Shown here in pieces: positions 28,038 to 37,418 of a stretch of 64,000 nucleotides of DNA. Origin of the DNA: an uncultured bacterium (GTDB lineage Bacteria; Cloacimonadota; Cloacimonadia; Cloacimonadales; TCS61); the NCBI GenBank assembly GCA_965370415.1, contig CBDUTJ010000013.1, positions 2,030 to 66,029 of the forward strand. Reading direction: 5' to 3'. The translations under genes and the position numbers were made by a program. The notes beneath the pieces are model-generated. The model had not been told where the DNA came from, did no database searches, and saw nothing but the letters and a program-made list of their open reading frames with translations. Positions within the stretch are counted from its first letter, which is position 1; every line of letters starts with the position of its first letter.

Positions 28038-30569
28038 CTATTTCAGTAACATCATTTTCTTCACTTCAGAATAGCTTTCAGATTTCAGTTTGTAGAAATA
28101 AACTCCGGAAGCATTATCTTTTGAATTCCATTCGTAGTTATGAGCACCAGCTTCAAAGATTTTGGATTCGACTGCCTGACCTTTAATGTTGTAGATAGTC
28201 AAGTCAGCAGTTTCACCTTCTTTGATGTCGAATTGAATAAATGTGGTCGGGTTGAATGGATTCGGATAGTTACCATAAAGTAATGTTGTAGATGGAAGTT
28301 CGGGAATGATTGCACCCTCTGGAATGGTAAGTGAAATAGGACCGTAAATTCCAGTATCATTGGAATAGCTCACGTTCTCTAACCAATACCAGTAGGTGTT
28401 ATTTTCCACAACCGGGTATTCATCCTGGAAAGTATAATCTGTAGGTTCGGAAGTAGTTCCTGCACCTTCGATCAATCCTGCTACATTAATTTGAATAGTA
28501 TTATCATCTTCGAGAGCAGTATCGCTTTCGCCACGATAGATATTCCAACCCATATTGTTGCTTTCACTTTGAGTAGTCCACAGGATATTTAAATTATCTG
28601 CATCAAACTCAGCTGCAAAGTTTGTTAGTGTTACTGGAAGAGGATTATCATCACCATTTCCCATAACGTACCATGAGAAACTAGTTGCAGTAAATGTAAC
28701 ATAATAAAGTGATGTTAATAGATTCCAGCTTGTTGCAGTAGCTTCTTGCCATGAGCTTCCACCATCTGTGCTGACTACTATTATGGGATCACTATTTCCA
28801 ACAGGAACAGGAGTAGCCCAGGTAAAAGTAACACCTACAGGAAATCCACCTGTATAGCCTGATGCATCAATATCAAACCATAAATTTAGTGCATTACCAG
28901 GAAATGGTAAGGTTCCGGGTGGAGTATCATATTGACTTATAGTAATGCTGCCACCACCTGCAGGTGGGTCTATTGTAACAGTGCTTCCACCAGATCCACC
29001 GCCACCGTCAAAATCAAAATCAACAGGGTTTGCATCTGGAATGGGTAAAGTGACTGCTTCGCCTTCACCAATCGAAGCTGTACCCTTATTTGTAATGAGA
29101 TCCATTACACCATAGGTATCGTAAAAGTAAACATCTCCAAAGCTAAGAGTTCCATAAGTATCTACAAGAGACAGAAATACAATGTCTGCAATTAGTCCCT
29201 CTCCTTCCGGTGCTTCAAGAGGATCTGTGCCTGCTAATGTATAAGCAAGGCTTAGGACTCCCGGAGTAGAAGTATCAATCATCCAACCGAGTGCAGTACC
29301 ACCATTAGATTCAAGGATGTTCCCTTCAAAAGTGATGGGATTTGTAGCTGTAGCTGTTACATATTCAAGCTCTGATGAGTTATAGATTACTTCAAACTCA
29401 TAGGTATCTAAATTTTGAACTTCAGTACAATACACATCTAAACGTATATAAGTTCCTGCAGATTGTGAGGGTACGCTGGTCAGATTCTGGTTACCGGGAG
29501 TGGTTGCATCCAGATCAAAAACTATACCTGCATCCTCGTTTGGTCCTCTTCCATTCCTCCCGCCTTGACCGGATCTTGTTGGAGGTGCGCCTTCGTGCCA
29601 GTGGTCTCCGAAAACCTGAAGGTCGGCAGCATCAATAATATTATCCGGCACCAGGTCGTAAAGAGCATCCCAACCCGGATCTGTATCAACAAAATGCCAA
29701 TGGTCACCCAATAACTGCAAGTCTGCAGCATCTACATAACCATCAGAATTGAAATCACCTATAATGGGCGGCATGACTTCAATAATACGATTATGAAGAT
29801 AATCAGCTATTAATGTATTACCATTATCCAGACGCTCAGCATCCTCTGGGTTATTAAGTCCAGTACTGTAATCCCATACTATTGTGCCGTCTGTTTCCAC
29901 CTCTATCACGCTGTCACCGCCAGTAATCAATGTATTACCACTTGGCAGACGTTCTGCATCATAGGGGTAGGTAAAACTAGTGCTGTATTGCCATACTATT
30001 GTGCCGGCTGTGTTGACTTCAATAACTTCGTTTTTCTTTGCGATCAATGTATTACCGTTCGACAGGCGTTTAGCATCAGTTGGGTAATTATAATAACCAC
30101 CAATGGTATAGGTCCATACTATTACACCGGCTGAAGTTACCTCTATCACTTTTGAATGATAATAGTCATCTATCAATGTATTGCCACTCACCAAACGTTG
30201 AGCACTCCTTGGATAATAAAGTCCAGTATTGTATTGCCATACTATTGTGCCGGCTGTGTTCACCTCTATCACGCGATGATTAGAATAATCACAAATCAAT
30301 GTATTACCATCCGATAGGCGTTCAACACTAGTTGCATTATGAATTCCAGTATTGTATTCCCATACTAATGTGCCGGCTGTGGTTAGCTCCTGCACGGTAT
30401 TTATCCCACCGAACAATGTATTACCATTGGACAAACGTTCAACAGAGCGTGGGCCGTTAAGTCCTGTGAGTTCCCAAACTATTGTATTCGCCATTGCTGG
30501 TTTAGGTAACCAGGCAATGATAGCTATTGCTATCATGAGTATGTAAATTCCTAATCTTTTATTTTTCAT
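28038..30569 (-). CDS. secreted beta-propeller / dockerin-like / cohesin-like fusion protein with T9SS sorting domain
   Basis: About 7 repeats of GTIVW.Y.TG...P..AERL.NGNTLI. GDFNSDGYVDAADLQLLGDHW plus DLVPDNIIDAADLQVFGDHW form paired dockerin-type Ca-binding segments, followed by the cohesin-like module. C-terminus [14 protein letters not shown]...GVYFYKLKSESYSEVKKMMLLK. Confidence 0.85.
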   Translation of the reverse strand: MKNKRLGIYILMIAIAIIAWLPKPAMANTIVWELTGLNGPRSVERLSNGNTLFGGINTVQELTTAGTLVWEYNTGIHNATSVERLSDGNTLICDYSNHRVIEVNTAGTIVWQYNTGLYYPRSAQRLVSGNTLIDDYYHSKVIEVTSAGVIVWTYTIGGYYNYPTDAKRLSNGNTLIAKKNEVIEVNTAGTIVWQYSTSFTYPYDAERLPSGNTLITGGDSVIEVETDGTIVWDYSTGLNNPEDAERLDNGNTLIADYLHNRIIEVMPPIIGDFNSDGYVDAADLQLLGDHWHFVDTDPGWDALYDLVPDNIIDAADLQVFGDHWHEGAPPTRSGQGGRNGRGPNEDAGIVFDLDATTPGNQNLTSVPSQSAGTYIRLDVYCTEVQNLDTYEFEVIYNSSELEYVTATATNPITFEGNILESNGGTALGWMIDTSTPGVLSLAYTLAGTDPLEAPEGEGLIADIVFLSLVDTYGTLSFGDVYFYDTYGVMDLITNKGTASIGEGEAVTLPIPDANPVDFDFDGGGGSGGSTVTIDPPAGGGSITISQYDTPPGTLPFPGNALNLWFDIDASGYTGGFPVGVTFTWATPVPVGNSDPIIVVSTDGGSSWQEATATSWNLLTSLYYVTFTATSFSWYVMGNGDDNPLPVTLTNFAAEFDADNLNILWTTQSESNNMGWNIYRGESDTALEDDNTIQINVAGLIEGAGTTSEPTDYTFQDEYPVVENNTYWYWLENVSYSNDTGIYGPISLTIPEGAIIPELPSTTLLYGNYPNPFNPTTFIQFDIKEGETADLTIYNIKGQAVESKIFEAGAHNYEWNSKDNASGVYFYKLKSESYSEVKKMMLLK
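29082..29546 (-). repeat. near-identical duplicated segment (copy B) of the cohesin-like module
   Basis: See 27241-27705. Confidence 0.8.
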
Positions 30570-30720
30570 CTTATTCTCCTTAATTCCCGTGAATTCTCTT
30601 TTTACTTCATCGGGTTTTTCCCGTTAAAACGGGATTTGTTTTTTACTTTTTTCTATCGTTCCTGCTCGGCAGCTGCCGGATGGGAACGAGAACTAATATC
30701 TTTTCCTTTTTTTCTTTCTA

Positions 30721-30763
30721 CCCCGTATAGAGAATCCGTCAGGTGACGGACTAACGGGATTTG
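30721..30763. other. conserved ~45-nt hairpin motif, copy 1, in the 507-bp leader/intergenic region
   Basis: CCCCGT-ATAGAG-[TCCGTCA GG TGACGGA]-CTAACGGGATTTG. The outer CCCGT/ACGGG pairing encloses a 7-bp hairpin. Confidence 0.4.
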
Positions 30764-30840
30764 CCAAAAAAACTTGACACAAATTTAAATGATTTGAGAA
30801 AATACATTTTGTGTTAAGTAACCCTTAGAGGTTAAAGCAT

Positions 30841-30890
30841 GATCCACCCCGTTTAGGAACCCGTCAGGTTCCGAACTAACGAGGTGGATC
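30841..30890. other. conserved ~45-nt hairpin motif, copy 2
   Basis: GATCCACC-CCGTTTAG-[GAACC CGTCAG GTTCC]-GAACTAACGA-GGTGGATC. It shares CCGT.TAG...CCGTCAGGT...ACTAACG with copy 1, but the stems differ in sequence. Confidence 0.4.
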
Positions 30891-31076
30891 ATTATGGACA
30901 TTTTAATATTTTATACATACTGACTCCTTTCTTTTCCTTGTTTTTTTATAGCAACTAAGAATACGAAATAACACGAATAAAGATTCCCAATCGGGGTTGG
31001 GAATGACAGCTATGGTGAGAAGGCAGAATCCGTTGCCTACCTGAGCTTGACGGAGTCAAGCACCATAAATATGAAA

Positions 31077-31316
31077 TTATTTTAATATAACACATTTCTT
31101 AGTATCCTTAAAATCACCGGCAGTAATACGATAGAAATAGATTCCGGAACTTATATCCTCAGCATTCCAAACAACAGAATAATTACCTGCCTGTTGAAAT
31201 TCATTAACAAGTGTTTCTACTAATTGACCTTTGATATTATAAATCTTTAGTGACGCTTTGCTGGATTTCGGAAGAGCATATGAAATTGTAGTTTGCGGGT
31301 TAAAAGGGTTAGGATA
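31077..31316 (-). repeat. near-identical 240-bp duplication of the T9SS sorting-domain coding end (copy A)
   Basis: Matches 32483-32722 with only 2-3 mismatches by eye. The proteins differ by K to T in ...GDF(K/T)DTKKCVILK. Confidence 0.8.
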
Positions 31317-32468
31317 ATTATTTAAAATAAAAGAAGCATTTTCTATAGATGTTGTCATCTCATCATCAATTCCAACTGGTATTATTGGGCTGGCATACTC
31401 CAGGTCATAAGCATTCTGGTCGAAATAAGCGATACGAGGATGCTCCTGGTTATCTAAAGCTATTCGACAGTACCAACCGCCTCCCATTGGTTGGTTTACT
31501 ACCTCATTATGCCAATTTGAGCCATCCCAATATTTATACCATAAATTCCAGTTAGAACCAAGAGCTTGGTAATAAGCAATATGAGGAAAATCCTGGCTGT
31601 CTAATACAAGTGAATTAAAAGCTCCCGCATAATTTTCGCCGATTGTTGTAATGATCCAATCTGAACCATCCCATCTTGCATATCTCATATCACCACTATC
31701 TCTATAATATATTATGTGTGGAAAATCCTGGCTGTCCAATTTCAATGAAATATCTATGCTGCCAACATTTCCCCCGAAATATTCTACAAAATAGAAATCC
31801 CAACCGGTACCGTTCCATTTAACATAATTAAGGTTATTACCGTCTCCATAATAGGCAATACACGGGTTATCATTGGAATCAAGTTCAAGTGAAGTACCCC
31901 AGGCAAGACCATTAGACACAATCTCAATTTCCCAAGTTTGACCATTCCAGGATGCGTATTTCAAACAGTCACCGTAATTATCATAATAACTGATATGTGG
32001 ATATCCCAGACTATCAAGTTTTAAAGAATTAAATTCACCAACCCGCCCTGATTCATAATCTACCACCTGAAGGTCCCAGTATGTTCCTGTCCAAACAGCA
32101 TATTTAAGACAATAACTATCACCATCATCCCCTGTATAACTGATATGTGGATGATTATTACTATCTATTGCAATAGAAGTAACATCAGCAACAGGATATG
32201 TAATGTTTGACTGATCCACCATAGAGATTTCCCAATCTGTTCCATTCCAGAAGGCATATCTGATTATACTTGGTGGTGGCATATTAGGATAAAGTCTGCC
32301 TATGTAATAAGCAATATGTGGATAGTCAAAGTTATCAAGAGCAAGCGAAAGGTATCGTCTATGTTGATTTAATAAATCAGGATCAACAACCTCTATCTCC
32401 CATTCATAGGCAACAATTGCTCCTGAAATACCCAGAAGCATAACTATTAAAGCGATTACTTTTTTCAT
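31077..32468 (-). CDS. secreted repeat (propeller-like) protein with T9SS sorting domain
   Basis: About 8 repeats of LDS...PHI(A/S)YY......L.YA.W.G..W. C-terminus [33 protein letters not shown]...[22 protein letters not shown]. Confidence 0.8.
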   Translation of the reverse strand: MKKVIALIVMLLGISGAIVAYEWEIEVVDPDLLNQHRRYLSLALDNFDYPHIAYYIGRLYPNMPPPSIIRYAFWNGTDWEISMVDQSNITYPVADVTSIAIDSNNHPHISYTGDDGDSYCLKYAVWTGTYWDLQVVDYESGRVGEFNSLKLDSLGYPHISYYDNYGDCLKYASWNGQTWEIEIVSNGLAWGTSLELDSNDNPCIAYYGDGNNLNYVKWNGTGWDFYFVEYFGGNVGSIDISLKLDSQDFPHIIYYRDSGDMRYARWDGSDWIITTIGENYAGAFNSLVLDSQDFPHIAYYQALGSNWNLWYKYWDGSNWHNEVVNQPMGGGWYCRIALDNQEHPRIAYFDQNAYDLEYASPIIPVGIDDEMTTSIENASFILNNYPNPFNPQTTISYALPKSSKASLKIYNIKGQLVETLVNEFQQAGNYSVVWNAEDISSGIYFYRITAGDFKDTKKCVILK

Positions 32469-32482
32469 GATATTCTACTCCT

Positions 32483-32722
32483 TTATTTTAATATTACACA
32501 TTTCTTAGTATCCGTAAAATCACCGGCAGTAATACGATAGAAATAGATTCCGGAACTTATATCCTCAGCATTCCAAACAACAGAATAATTACCTGCCTGT
32601 TGAAATTCATTAACAAGTGTTTCTACTAATTGACCTTTGATATTATAAATCTTTAGTGACGCTTTGCTGGATTTCGGAAGAGCATATGAAATTGTAGTTT
32701 GCGGGTTAAAAGGGTTAGGATA
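32483..32722 (-). repeat. near-identical 240-bp duplication of the T9SS sorting-domain coding end (copy B)
   Basis: See 31077-31316. Confidence 0.8.
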
Positions 32723-35700
32723 GTTCTGCCTCAAAGCAAATACCTTAGGAATATGAAGTGTAGGATCTTCAACACCGACGCTTATTACATGCAAAGTTAC
32801 AGGTATATTTACCAGTGAGTTTGCTGAGTTATTGTCTATCAGAATATTCGTTGAGTAGGTAGAGTCAGGTGTCAAACCATGCGTATCAAAGTGTATGTTT
32901 ATATCAAGTGGTTGACCAGCTGGAATAGTACCAGATGTGGGGTTAACAATTAGCCATGGGACAATAACACCTGTTCCCTTAAATGTAATTCCTGTAAATC
33001 CAGAGTCATTCAAGCCACCTGTAGAGAGGATATAAGGAATATCAGCACCAACATAGACGGCACTAGTCATGCCCAATGTCTGGGGTAGTGATGTTTCGTA
33101 GGACCAGGTATCAGTGGCAGGATCATAAACTTGAACCTGATTCGTAGCAGGCCAGCCCGAATAACCACCCCCACCACCAACCTGGTAGATATGGGTACCG
33201 TTTGTGGTAACATTAGACCAGTTAAAGCCAACATAATCGGGCATTGGTGCTTTAATAGTCCAGGTATCAGTTGAAGGCTCATATTCATAGAGAGTATCAG
33301 CATAAATCCAACCACCGGGATCCAACCCACCAACCACATAAAATTTACCGTTAAGAAGGAAAACACCTCCGCAGATTTCGTTAGGTAAAGGCAAATCAGC
33401 AATAGAAGTCCAGATATCTGTGGCAATATCATACTTGTAGGAATTAAGTACACCTGTATTCCCATTATATCCGCCGGCAGTATAGATAATTCCATAAGTT
33501 TCATCACCAGCAGCAGCAAGCATGCAAATAGGCTCTGGATACTCAGCAAGTTGTGTCCATGTTCCAGTCCCTGACCCATCAGGAGTAAATTTGTAGAAGT
33601 CGGTGCAAGGAACATAGTAGTATCTTCCGACCACATACAGTTCTCCGTTAACCACAACACCTGTCCAATTGTCGCCACCGATAGGAGGTGGAGTTGAGTT
33701 AACCCATGTTTCAGTACTTACTTGCCATGCCTGAGCACAATATGGATCATCTTGGGTTCCAAATACATAGACATAATCGCCAATCCAACCTATGGCTGAT
33801 CTCCCACTTGTATTAGGAGAAGGAGCTACAGTATTCCATGTAATGGTGTTTCTTAATTCTTCCATTATTGGCTCAGCAAAGCCATAAGAATGAGCCAAAT
33901 CTGCATTTCCCGTACAAGGATTACAATAACCCCTATTCTTAACAGGCTTGATTTCAATATCTGGGGTGCGCTCACTCCCACCCGGATAGTAAGTGATATT
34001 GAATGTAAGAGGTCCATTTCCATTATTAATAATTTCCATAGTAGTATCAAAAGTAGTATCAATTCCCACATTAACTGTAAAACTCATTGGCTCAACAGCT
34101 ATCTCAGGGTGCAACATAGCGAAATTAACAGTGGTTATATCATTTTCAACTACAACTATACCGGTGTTATCAAAAATGTTGTAACCAAACGCGGTAACTC
34201 TCATATCATAAGTATCTGGAAGCACCTCTTGCATAAAGTAGTGTCCTGTTGCATCAGTAGTATCACAATAAGTTAGTGAACTACCTGCTGCTGTAACCAC
34301 TGCATTTTCAATTGGTTGTCCATTTTCTGCATCTGTAACTATTCCTTCAATAGCACCAACATCACCGGGTATTACAATAAAGATGCCATCTGTCGTCGCC
34401 ACTGCTGGGATGCCTTGGTTGTACATAAAATTAAGGAAATTCAGCATACTCGCCTGCCCCGGCACAACATCGGGTGAGACTTCAAATATCAGATTGATTA
34501 AGGTTCCGCTACCGGCAAGTGTATCTGCTCCAGCCATCTCAACTGAGATCTGTCCTTGAACTACATTGTAGTCACACACCCAGTCAGTCCCTGCAAGCAA
34601 GGTGCCAGAGATATCTATATCAACTCCAGTAATAATAGTATAATCATAACCCAGTGTGAATTCAGCAGATAGAACTCCCTCTCCTGTTAAATCTTCTGTA
34701 TTGACAGGTATGGTTATTGTATCACCTGGTGCACCGTAAGTAGTCTCAGGAACAGAAATAGCTATATAGTTCAGAGGGTCGGGTTCTGTTTTAGCAAGAT
34801 ATAGTTTCATAGTCGAACCACTAGGCCAGTCATATCCAGCCACTATATACCCATTATCAGGGGCAATTTCAAGGGAGTGGAGGTAATTATAACCATAACC
34901 TGGTAGCCATTGCATCCAGATCATATCGCCTTCGGAGTTTGTTCTCATTAGTATGCTTGTTGCTTCGTAAGCTAAAGCGAGGATATAGCCACCATCAAGG
35001 GTTTGCCGTACATAGGAGCCCACACAATACATACCGGGTTCTGTGTACATCCTGGTCCAGAGTGTATCACCATCAGAGTCAGTCTTAACGACATAAGGTC
35101 TAAGAGCATTACCATAAGTACCATATCCGCTAACGATATAGCCGCCATCTGTGGTCTGCTGTACAGATTGTCCCCTTCTCCCATCCGGAAATGTCCTTGT
35201 CCAGAGTGTATCACCCACAGAGTCAGTCTTGACAAGACTGACATCACTTGGTCCAGCACCACCTCCAGTACTTCCGGTAACGATATAGCCACCATCTGTG
35301 GTCTGCTGCACATCCCACGCCCAGTAAGGACCACAATATTTTGTCCACATTACGTCACCCGCTGAGTCGATTTTGTGTAATGTCATTTTTTGACCACCAC
35401 TATTCCATCCCATACCAGCAATAATATAGCCTCCATCAGAAGTACGGGAAATAGAATTACCTTGGGAAATCGTAGTATAGGTTCTTGACCAGACCGTATC
35501 TCCTACGGTATTCACTTTAAGGATGAAACATTTCAAAGAAATACCATTCCAATCGCCATATCCTGTAGCAACATAGCCACCATCGGAGGCAAGGTCAACA
35601 GAATAAAATGCTTCATTACCTGCATTGAAAAAATCGTATCTCCTTGTCCAGATAGTATCACCATCAGAGTTGACCCTAACGAGATAATAATCCTTATCCT

Positions 35701-35887
35701 CAACCTGTCCGATAAATCCACAGGCAATATAACCACTATCGGGAGTAACCTGAATCCCTCTGCCTTGAGCATATTGACCATAGAGGTTTACCCATTCTAT
35801 TGCTGGAGCCTGAGAATACAGTGCTTGAGGTATAACTGCCGTAAGCACTATTATCCCTAATATAATTTTAGTCATTAGCTTATTCAT
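32483..35887 (-). CDS. large secreted protein: DGGYI-type repeats, cohesin-like domain, carboxypeptidase-regulatory-like domain, Kelch-like repeats, T9SS sorting domain
   Basis: About 8 repeats of T.DGGYI..G......D..L.K.DS.GD..W.R. ISVPETTYGAPGDTITIPVNTEDLTGEGVLSAEFTLGYDYTII...GTLINLIFEVSPD is cohesin-like. GIVTDAENGQPIENAVVTA is CarboxypepD_reg-like. GELYVVG, GKFYVVGG and IYTAGGYNG are Kelch-like. Start at MNKLMTK (AAAGGAGA RBS). Confidence 0.85.
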   Translation of the reverse strand: MNKLMTKIILGIIVLTAVIPQALYSQAPAIEWVNLYGQYAQGRGIQVTPDSGYIACGFIGQVEDKDYYLVRVNSDGDTIWTRRYDFFNAGNEAFYSVDLASDGGYVATGYGDWNGISLKCFILKVNTVGDTVWSRTYTTISQGNSISRTSDGGYIIAGMGWNSGGQKMTLHKIDSAGDVMWTKYCGPYWAWDVQQTTDGGYIVTGSTGGGAGPSDVSLVKTDSVGDTLWTRTFPDGRRGQSVQQTTDGGYIVSGYGTYGNALRPYVVKTDSDGDTLWTRMYTEPGMYCVGSYVRQTLDGGYILALAYEATSILMRTNSEGDMIWMQWLPGYGYNYLHSLEIAPDNGYIVAGYDWPSGSTMKLYLAKTEPDPLNYIAISVPETTYGAPGDTITIPVNTEDLTGEGVLSAEFTLGYDYTIITGVDIDISGTLLAGTDWVCDYNVVQGQISVEMAGADTLAGSGTLINLIFEVSPDVVPGQASMLNFLNFMYNQGIPAVATTDGIFIVIPGDVGAIEGIVTDAENGQPIENAVVTAAGSSLTYCDTTDATGHYFMQEVLPDTYDMRVTAFGYNIFDNTGIVVVENDITTVNFAMLHPEIAVEPMSFTVNVGIDTTFDTTMEIINNGNGPLTFNITYYPGGSERTPDIEIKPVKNRGYCNPCTGNADLAHSYGFAEPIMEELRNTITWNTVAPSPNTSGRSAIGWIGDYVYVFGTQDDPYCAQAWQVSTETWVNSTPPPIGGDNWTGVVVNGELYVVGRYYYVPCTDFYKFTPDGSGTGTWTQLAEYPEPICMLAAAGDETYGIIYTAGGYNGNTGVLNSYKYDIATDIWTSIADLPLPNEICGGVFLLNGKFYVVGGLDPGGWIYADTLYEYEPSTDTWTIKAPMPDYVGFNWSNVTTNGTHIYQVGGGGGYSGWPATNQVQVYDPATDTWSYETSLPQTLGMTSAVYVGADIPYILSTGGLNDSGFTGITFKGTGVIVPWLIVNPTSGTIPAGQPLDINIHFDTHGLTPDSTYSTNILIDNNSANSLVNIPVTLHVISVGVEDPTLHIPKVFALRQNYPNPFNPQTTISYALPKSSKASLKIYNIKGQLVETLVNEFQQAGNYSVVWNAEDISSGIYFYRITAGDFTDTKKCVILK

Positions 35888-35969
35888 CTTAATCTCCTTT
35901 CTTTTTAAACTCATCCCCACAGTTAAATAAAAAAATATAGATTCCATTTGGTAAACTCGATACCTTCTC

Positions 35970-36854
35970 TTAAAATGCCCGTGATAGATCTGCCTCTATC
36001 GGAGATTCCTCGAATTTAATCTTAAATTCTTCAAACGACATTGCTTTTTCCCAGATATTTTCAAATACAAACTTTTGTGACATTGCAAAGCTGTGATGGT
36101 TAATGATCATAGTGGTTACACTCGGTTGCAAAGAAATTGTATCATTTAAGGAGAGCATTGTTATATTTTCATCAAAGATAGCTAACTTCATAGGCAACTC
36201 TTTTACTATTCTCACCTCTTCTTCATTAGAAATTAAAGCAGAAACAATTTTTATAAATTCTTTTTTTTCAGATTCAGATGTAATGCCCTTATATTCACAA
36301 ATATCCCTTTGAATAACTTGTCTTCTATCCTTATTAGTATTACGAAGACTTTTTTCTTCCATTATAGCCTCTTTAGGTGAACTAGCATAAGGTGGTTTTG
36401 TAAAGATAAGGATTTCCTTTTTTGCATTCTTATTGATACTCAACCATTTTTTTCTAACCTGTTCTTTGTCTTTAATAATTTCAATATATTCTAAGGGATT
36501 ATCTTCCCCTTTCCTCTTTTCATACAAAGGTGAAAGAATATTCAATATCTGTTTAGTCATATTTTCTTTTACGCCCAAATCTTTTCTATATATCATTAGT
36601 AATTTATCCAAAGAATATTCAGGATCCACAGCTTCATATTTTTTAAGCCGTCCAATTTTTCTCTCTGCGCACAGCCCTTTACCAATTAACCGATACAATA
36701 CCTCATAAACTTTGGTCCTTGGGATATTGACGAGTTGTTGTATTTCAGAGGCAGTAAAGTCCTTTTTATTAAATAGAGTGATATATACTTTTGCCTCACG
36801 TGTGGATAATCCAAAATCAATAATGTATTCTTCTAGTTCTTTTAAATCAAACAT
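35970..36854 (-). CDS. TrmB-family-like transcriptional regulator
   Basis: N-terminal winged HTH pattern FGLSTREAKVYITLFNKKDFTASEIQQLVNIPRTKVYEVLYRLIGKGL. ATG at 36854 with GGAGG upstream. Confidence 0.7.
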   Translation of the reverse strand: MFDLKELEEYIIDFGLSTREAKVYITLFNKKDFTASEIQQLVNIPRTKVYEVLYRLIGKGLCAERKIGRLKKYEAVDPEYSLDKLLMIYRKDLGVKENMTKQILNILSPLYEKRKGEDNPLEYIEIIKDKEQVRKKWLSINKNAKKEILIFTKPPYASSPKEAIMEEKSLRNTNKDRRQVIQRDICEYKGITSESEKKEFIKIVSALISNEEEVRIVKELPMKLAIFDENITMLSLNDTISLQPSVTTMIINHHSFAMSQKFVFENIWEKAMSFEEFKIKFEESPIEADLSRAF

Positions 36855-37338
36855 TTCTATTACCTCCATTAAAGGTAAAGCTTAGTTACCTTTTTATAGT
36901 ACAATAAGATTTCAACCAAAATAATCTGTCAAGAATTTTCTCGGTTATGTATTTAGTTGAGTGGGAAAAATTAGCAATTAGCCCTTTAGCAATTAACCTT
37001 TAGTAATAAAAAATTAAAAAATGGAAAATGGAAAATGGAAAAACTATAAAACCAGTACAATGGAAACGTGTTCTTACATCAGAATAGTGACAAATTCATA
37101 TATCAATACGAATAATAATATTAACAAATAAACGAGCAAAATTATTAAAAACAAACCAAATTAACTTTTTGCGTGCAATGCGCAGATAGGTGAAAGTACT
37201 ATTATTATCCGAAGTTATCTCAAATATTTTATAAATATATTTCATTCTAAACCAACTATGAACCGATCTAAAACAATTTATAAATTTCACTAAAACCTTT
37301 TGTTCCAATATATTTTTCAAAATCAAGCGACCAACTAA

Positions 37339-37368
37339 CGGTCAATTACCGGTCAATTCGGTCAATAC
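37339..37368. repeat. three tandem direct repeats of CGGTCAAT at ~10-bp spacing
   Basis: aCGGTCAATTAcCGGTCAATTCGGTCAATAcc, immediately outside the terminator of the VWA gene near the proposed left end of the element. Confidence 0.6.
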
Positions 37369-37369
37369 C

Positions 37370-37392
37370 TAAAAAAGAGGGATTTACCCTCT
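37370..37392 (-). terminator. rho-independent terminator after the VWA gene
   Basis: Minus-sense AGAGGG-TAAAT-CCCTCT followed by TTTTTT. Confidence 0.7.
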
Positions 37393-37418
37393 TTTAGATA
37401 GTGAGAATAAACATCCCA

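Noticed and set aside
30721-30890. Hammerhead or other small self-cleaving ribozyme in the duplicated CCGTCAGG motif, and likewise in the 225-nt element
   Set aside because: The conserved cores I can recall are not present on either strand (hammerhead CUGANGA...GAAA, and the twister, pistol and hatchet signatures). CUGACGG lacks the required A9.
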